Positions 59,497-64,000 of a DNA stretch of 64,000 nucleotides are shown piece by piece. The notes under the pieces are model-generated. The model was not told the origin of the DNA. It was given only the letters and a program-made list of their open reading frames with translations, and searched no databases. Source of the DNA: Gammaproteobacteria bacterium (lineage in GTDB: Bacteria; Pseudomonadota; Gammaproteobacteria; JACCXJ01); NCBI GenBank assembly GCA_050740435.1, contig JBOIDL010000001.1, positions 5,484 through 69,483 on the forward strand, written 5' to 3'. Positions within the stretch are counted from its first letter, which is position 1. Each line of letters opens with the position of its first letter. The position numbers and the translations under genes are program-made.

Positions 59497-60135
59497 ATGT
59501 ACGAGAGTGAGAAATCCACCCTAAGAGGGCTCAATCTGGTGCCGATTGTTGTTGAACAGTCGGCGCGGGGCGAGCGCGCCTACGATATTTACTCCCGGCT
59601 TCTTAAGGAGCGGGTGGTGTTTCTCGTCGGGCCGGTGGTGGATGAAGTTGCCAACCTAATCGTGGCCCAGTTGTTGTTTCTGGAGTCGGAGAACCCGGAC
59701 AAGGATGTGCATCTGTATATTAATTCGCCTGGGGGTTCCGTTAGCGCGGGTCTCGCAGTCTATGACACCATGCAGTTTATCAAGCCCAGCGTCAATACCA
59801 TGTGCGTCGGGCAGGCAGCGAGCATGGGAGCGCTGCTGCTCGCCGGCGGCGCGAAAGGCAAGCGCCACTGTTTACCGCACTCGCGCCTCATGATTCATCA
59901 ACCGCTCGGCGGCTTTCAGGGCCAGGCATCCGATATCGACATCCACGCGCGCGAGATATTGAAAGCGCGAGAACGCTTGAATCAGATACTCGCGCGGCAT
60001 ACGGGGCAAACGCTGAAGAAAATCGAAGCAGACACTGAGCGGGATAATTTCATGGGGGCCGAGGAAGCCAAGGAGTATGGGTTGATAGATGATGTACTCT
60101 ATCAACGCGCGCTACGTCCGGTGGGTGGCTTATAG
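59497..60135 (+). CDS. clpP: ATP-dependent Clp protease proteolytic subunit
   Basis: 212 aa; catalytic Ser/His/Asp context (…[11 protein letters not shown]…, …IHQPLGG…). Confidence 0.95.
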   Translation: MYESEKSTLRGLNLVPIVVEQSARGERAYDIYSRLLKERVVFLVGPVVDEVANLIVAQLLFLESENPDKDVHLYINSPGGSVSAGLAVYDTMQFIKPSVNTMCVGQAASMGALLLAGGAKGKRHCLPHSRLMIHQPLGGFQGQASDIDIHAREILKARERLNQILARHTGQTLKKIEADTERDNFMGAEEAKEYGLIDDVLYQRALRPVGGL

Positions 60136-60194
60136 ATTGCTATGGTTAACGATCAGCCCGGCAAGGTTAAATCCCAAATGCCTAGAGGTGGCCA

Positions 60195-61475
60195 ATGAAC
60201 GACGGCAAACAGTCTAGAAGCGGTGACGGAGAACGGCTCCTGTATTGTTCATTCTGCGGTAAGAGTCAGCACGAGGTGCGCAAGCTTATCGCCGGTCCGT
60301 CGGTGTTCATCTGTGATGAGTGCGTGGAGCTTTGCAACGATATCATCCGCGAGGAGATGCACGGTAAATCCGCCGCGGGAGGAAACAAAAAGCTGCCGGC
60401 CCCGCAGCAGATCCGGCACATACTAAACGAATACGTTATCGGTCAGGACCGGGCGAAGAAAATCCTGTCGGTTGCCGTGTACAATCATTACAAGCGACTG
60501 ACCTCACGCATCAAGCAAAACGATGTCGAGCTCGCCAAGAGCAACGTGCTGTTGGTCGGTCCAACCGGCAGCGGAAAGACTCTTTTGGCCGAGACCTTGG
60601 CGCGGCTTCTCAACGTCCCTTTTACGATTGCCGACGCGACGACCTTAACCGAAGCGGGTTATGTGGGCGAGGATGTAGAGAACATCATCCAGAAGCTCCT
60701 GCAAAAATGCGACTACGATGTCGAGAAGGCGCAAACCGGGATCGTTTATATCGACGAGATCGATAAGATTTCCCGCAAGTCCGACAATCCCTCGATTACG
60801 CGGGACGTATCGGGGGAAGGCGTACAGCAAGCGCTGCTGAAACTCATCGAAGGTACGATCGCCTCGGTACCTCCGCAGGGCGGCCGCAAGCACCCACAGC
60901 AAGAATTCCTGCAGGTCAATACGAGCAATATCCTGTTTATTTGCGGCGGAGCCTTCTCGGGCTTGGAAAAGATCATTCGCGCGCGTTCCGAACGGGGCGG
61001 CATCGGTTTCTCCGCGGAAGTCAAGAGTAAGGACGACAAGAAAAGCATGAGCGAGCTTTTGCACCAAGTCGAACCGGAGGATCTCATGAAGTATGGGCTG
61101 ATTCCCGAGTTCGTCGGACGGCTCCCCGTCATAGCCGTGCTGGACGAATTGGACGAAACGCAGCTTATCCAGATTCTTACGGAGCCGAAGAACGCGATTA
61201 CCAAACAGTATGCGAAGCTGTTTGAGATGGAGGGTTGCGCCTTGGAGTTCCGGGACGAGTCCTTGCGTGCCGTCGCCCGTAAAGCGGTTGAGCGCAAAAC
61301 CGGGGCGCGCGGATTGCGTTCGATCCTTGAGCACAACTTACTCGACACCATGTTTGAGTTGCCTTCGCTTGAAAATGTGGTCAAGGTGGTGGTCGACGAT
61401 GCGGTCATCAAAGGGGAATCGAAGCCTCTGTATATTTACGAGAATGCCGAGATCTCCAAAGCGGCATCGGATTGA
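60195..61475 (+). CDS. clpX: ATP-dependent Clp protease ATP-binding subunit ClpX
   Basis: 426 aa; N-terminal C4 zinc finger (CSFCGKS…CDEC), Walker A GPTGSGKT, sensor motifs. Confidence 0.95.
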   Translation: MNDGKQSRSGDGERLLYCSFCGKSQHEVRKLIAGPSVFICDECVELCNDIIREEMHGKSAAGGNKKLPAPQQIRHILNEYVIGQDRAKKILSVAVYNHYKRLTSRIKQNDVELAKSNVLLVGPTGSGKTLLAETLARLLNVPFTIADATTLTEAGYVGEDVENIIQKLLQKCDYDVEKAQTGIVYIDEIDKISRKSDNPSITRDVSGEGVQQALLKLIEGTIASVPPQGGRKHPQQEFLQVNTSNILFICGGAFSGLEKIIRARSERGGIGFSAEVKSKDDKKSMSELLHQVEPEDLMKYGLIPEFVGRLPVIAVLDELDETQLIQILTEPKNAITKQYAKLFEMEGCALEFRDESLRAVARKAVERKTGARGLRSILEHNLLDTMFELPSLENVVKVVVDDAVIKGESKPLYIYENAEISKAASD

Positions 61476-61538
61476 GAGCGCAGCTTATTGTGAACGGTCC
61501 GAACTGCATCGTATCTAGGTGACGGAAGGCGAGACAAG

Positions 61539-63947
61539 ATGACTGAACAGACCATTGTTTCCGTATTGCCGCTGCGCGATGTGGTGGTCTACCCGCATAT
61601 GGTGATACCGCTGTTCGTGGGCAGGCAGAAATCGGTCAAGGCGCTTGAACAAGCGATGGATGGGGGCAAGCAAATCTTGCTCGTCGCCCAAAAGAGCGCG
61701 GCCGACGATAACCCGGATGCCGGCGATCTCCATTGGGTAGGAACCTTATCGAACATCTTGCAACTGTTGAAGTTACCAGACGGCACGATCAAGGTGCTGG
61801 TGGAAGGAGTTCGCCGCGCGCGGATCGTCGCTTTTATGGAGACCGAGCGTTTGTTCAACGCGAAGGTTGATTTTCCGATCTCCGAAGAGATCGACCCGCG
61901 CGAGGCGGAGGTGTTTTGCCGGACGCTGCTCGAGCAGTTCGATCAATACGTCAAGCTTAACAAGAGAATCCCCGCGGAGATCCTTGCGACCTTATCGTCT
62001 ATCGACGATCCGGAGCGGTTGGGAGACACCATCGCCGCACACCTGTCGATTAAGCTCGAGCAAAAACAAAAGCTCCTCGAGATCACCGATCTTTCCAATC
62101 GTCTGGAGCAGTTGGTCGGCGTCCTTGAGAGCGAGCTCGATCTCCTGCAAGTGGAAAAGCGCTTGCGAGGGCGGGTGAAACGGCAAATGGAGAAGAGCCA
62201 ACGCGAATACTACTTAAACGAACAAATGAAGGCCATCCAAAAGGAGCTTGGGGATATCGAAGAGGGCGGCAGCGAGCTCGATGAGCTGGCCAGAACGATC
62301 GGGAAGGCCGGAATGCCTAAGGAAGCCAAGGATCGGGCGCTGGCGGAGCTAAAGAAGCTCAAGATGATGTCGCCCATGTCCGCGGAAGCGACCGTGGTTC
62401 GGAATTACGTCGACTGGATGGTGAGCGTGCCCTGGAAAAAGCGCACGAAAATCAGCCGCGATCTGTCCCAGGCCGGGTCTATTCTCGAGGAGGACCACTA
62501 CGGGCTGGAAAAGGTGAAGGAACGGATCCTGGAATACCTTGCCGTACAGCAGCGGGTCAAGAAATCCAAGGGCCCCATCCTATGCTTGGTGGGTCCGCCG
62601 GGCGTGGGCAAGACTTCGCTAGGGCGATCGATCGCGCGCGCGACCAACCGCACCTTCGTGCGCATGTCGCTGGGCGGTGTGCGCGACGAGGCGGAGATCC
62701 GCGGCCACCGGCGCACCTATGTCGGTTCGATGCCGGGTAAGATCCTGCAGGTCATGGCCAAGGGGGGGGCCAAGAATCCGCTGTTGTTATTGGATGAGAT
62801 CGACAAGATCTCCGCGGATTTTCGCGGCGACCCCGCGTCCGCGTTGTTGGAGGTCCTCGATCCGGAGCAGAACCATACGTTCAACGACCATTATCTGGAG
62901 GTCGATTACGATTTGTCGGAGGTGATGTTCGTCACGACGGCGAACACTCTCAACATCTCTCCGCCCTTGCTCGACCGCATGGAGGTCATCCGCATCCCGG
63001 GCTACACCGAGGACGAAAAGGTCAATATCGCCGATCGATACCTCATTCCCAAGCAGAAGAAGAACAACGGGCTGCGTGATAACGAGATCTTGATTACCGA
63101 GCCGGCCGTCCGGGAGATGATCCGCTATTACACGCGTGAAGCGGGCGTGCGGAATTTGGAACGCGAGATCGCCAACATATGCCGCAAAGTCGTGAAGCGC
63201 GTGCTCTTGAAGCCCACCGAGAAGATGGTCGTCGTTACGCCGAAAAGCTTGCATAAATATCTTGGTGTAAAGCGCTTCCGCTACGGTTTGGCGGAAGAAG
63301 AGGATCGCGTCGGCCAGGTCACGGGACTGGCGTGGACCGAGGCCGGAGGGGATTTGTTGACGATCGAAGCCGCGGTCGTTCCGGGCAAGGGCAAGGAGAC
63401 CTATACCGGGCAGCTAGGCGAGGTGATGCAGGAATCCATCAAGGCCGCCATGACCGTGGTGCGCAGCCGCGCGGCGAATCTAGGCATCGATCCAGCCTTT
63501 TATCGCCAGCATGACGTTCACTTCCATGTACCGGAAGGCGCAACGCCCAAGGACGGCCCGAGCGCCGGTGTGGCCATGTGCGCGGCGCTGGTCTCGGCGT
63601 TGACGGGGATCCGCGTACGCTCGAGTGTCGCCATGACCGGGGAGATCACCTTACGCGGTGAAGTGCTGCCGATCGGCGGCTTGAAAGAAAAGCTGCTCGC
63701 CGCGTTGCGCGGCGGGATCAAGGTGGTCCTCATTCCCGCCGAGAACGAGAGGGAACTGGAAGATGTGCCGAAGAATATCAAGCAGAACCTCGATATAAAA
63801 CCCGTGACCTGGATCGACGAAGTCCTGACGCTAGCCTTGCAGCATATGCCGGAACCCGTGGCCTCGACGAGCGAGAATCTCGACGCCGCCATCACCCCGG
63901 AGTCAGCAGGCGCCGAGCCGGGCAAGGATGTCATCAGACCGCATTAA
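61539..63947 (+). CDS. lon: Lon protease
   Basis: 802 aa; LON N-domain, Walker [10 protein letters not shown], catalytic Ser-Lys dyad context (…[11 protein letters not shown]…). Confidence 0.95.
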   Translation: MTEQTIVSVLPLRDVVVYPHMVIPLFVGRQKSVKALEQAMDGGKQILLVAQKSAADDNPDAGDLHWVGTLSNILQLLKLPDGTIKVLVEGVRRARIVAFMETERLFNAKVDFPISEEIDPREAEVFCRTLLEQFDQYVKLNKRIPAEILATLSSIDDPERLGDTIAAHLSIKLEQKQKLLEITDLSNRLEQLVGVLESELDLLQVEKRLRGRVKRQMEKSQREYYLNEQMKAIQKELGDIEEGGSELDELARTIGKAGMPKEAKDRALAELKKLKMMSPMSAEATVVRNYVDWMVSVPWKKRTKISRDLSQAGSILEEDHYGLEKVKERILEYLAVQQRVKKSKGPILCLVGPPGVGKTSLGRSIARATNRTFVRMSLGGVRDEAEIRGHRRTYVGSMPGKILQVMAKGGAKNPLLLLDEIDKISADFRGDPASALLEVLDPEQNHTFNDHYLEVDYDLSEVMFVTTANTLNISPPLLDRMEVIRIPGYTEDEKVNIADRYLIPKQKKNNGLRDNEILITEPAVREMIRYYTREAGVRNLEREIANICRKVVKRVLLKPTEKMVVVTPKSLHKYLGVKRFRYGLAEEEDRVGQVTGLAWTEAGGDLLTIEAAVVPGKGKETYTGQLGEVMQESIKAAMTVVRSRAANLGIDPAFYRQHDVHFHVPEGATPKDGPSAGVAMCAALVSALTGIRVRSSVAMTGEITLRGEVLPIGGLKEKLLAALRGGIKVVLIPAENERELEDVPKNIKQNLDIKPVTWIDEVLTLALQHMPEPVASTSENLDAAITPESAGAEPGKDVIRPH

Positions 63948-64000
63948 ACTCAGACCAGCGAACCGGCAGCGGGGTGGCCGGGCCGCAAATTGCCTGCTTG

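Noticed and set aside
63948-64000. Weak hairpin CCGGC-agcggggtg-GCCGG after lon
   Set aside because: Short stem, no T-run, and truncated by the window end.

Overview
GC-rich (about 60-65%) chromosomal segment. Gene content and synteny (pepA-holC-valS, tRNA-Leu-tig-clpP-clpX-lon, rppH next to a HAD hydrolase) point to a gammaproteobacterium. The class III phaEC pair suggests a Chromatiales-like sulfur bacterium, but that is a guess.

Housekeeping content: an AI-2E family transporter, modABC plus modE, gltA and mdh divergent from sucA-sucB-lpdA, pckG, psd, lptF, pepA, holC, valS, tRNA-Leu(UAG), tig, clpP, clpX and lon.

Accessory content:
- An MSHA-like type IV pilus cluster: secretin, TPR protein, MshE-type ATPase with MshEN c-di-GMP motifs, platform protein, PilM/PilN-like, PilO-like and pilin-like proteins.
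- A 1375-aa CheB-CheR-PAS-HisKA-HATPase-REC hybrid kinase with two neighbouring response regulators.
- A complete class III PHA locus: phaA-phaB-phaR, a catalytically degenerate PhaB paralogue, two phasins and phaC-phaE.
- A pair of membrane-anchored P-loop GTPases of unknown function.

Most unusual observations:
- Two unrelated families of about 143-bp MITE-like elements with terminal inverted repeats sit exactly on T-N-A triplets that serve as stop codons of flanking genes. One family has two 143-bp copies in inverted orientation, each with 3-bp target duplications (TGA, TAA), bracketing the 6.6-kb pckG-phasin-phaCE-psd block.
- The other family ('...ACTTTTGCAGAGCTTCC') has two longer copies and two solo-end fragments.
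- A PhaB paralogue has lost all three SDR catalytic hallmarks.
- The pilus operon has two heavily structured intra-operon spacers: a 24-bp perfect long-range stem, and a family of covarying hairpins.
- A gene-decay patch at 9.9-13.2 kb holds a frameshifted SDR and orphan fragments of DHFR-like and PepSY-TM genes.
- A perfect 36-bp tandem-repeat array lies at the left edge of the window.

All annotation is from reading the sequence and translations; no database search was run.
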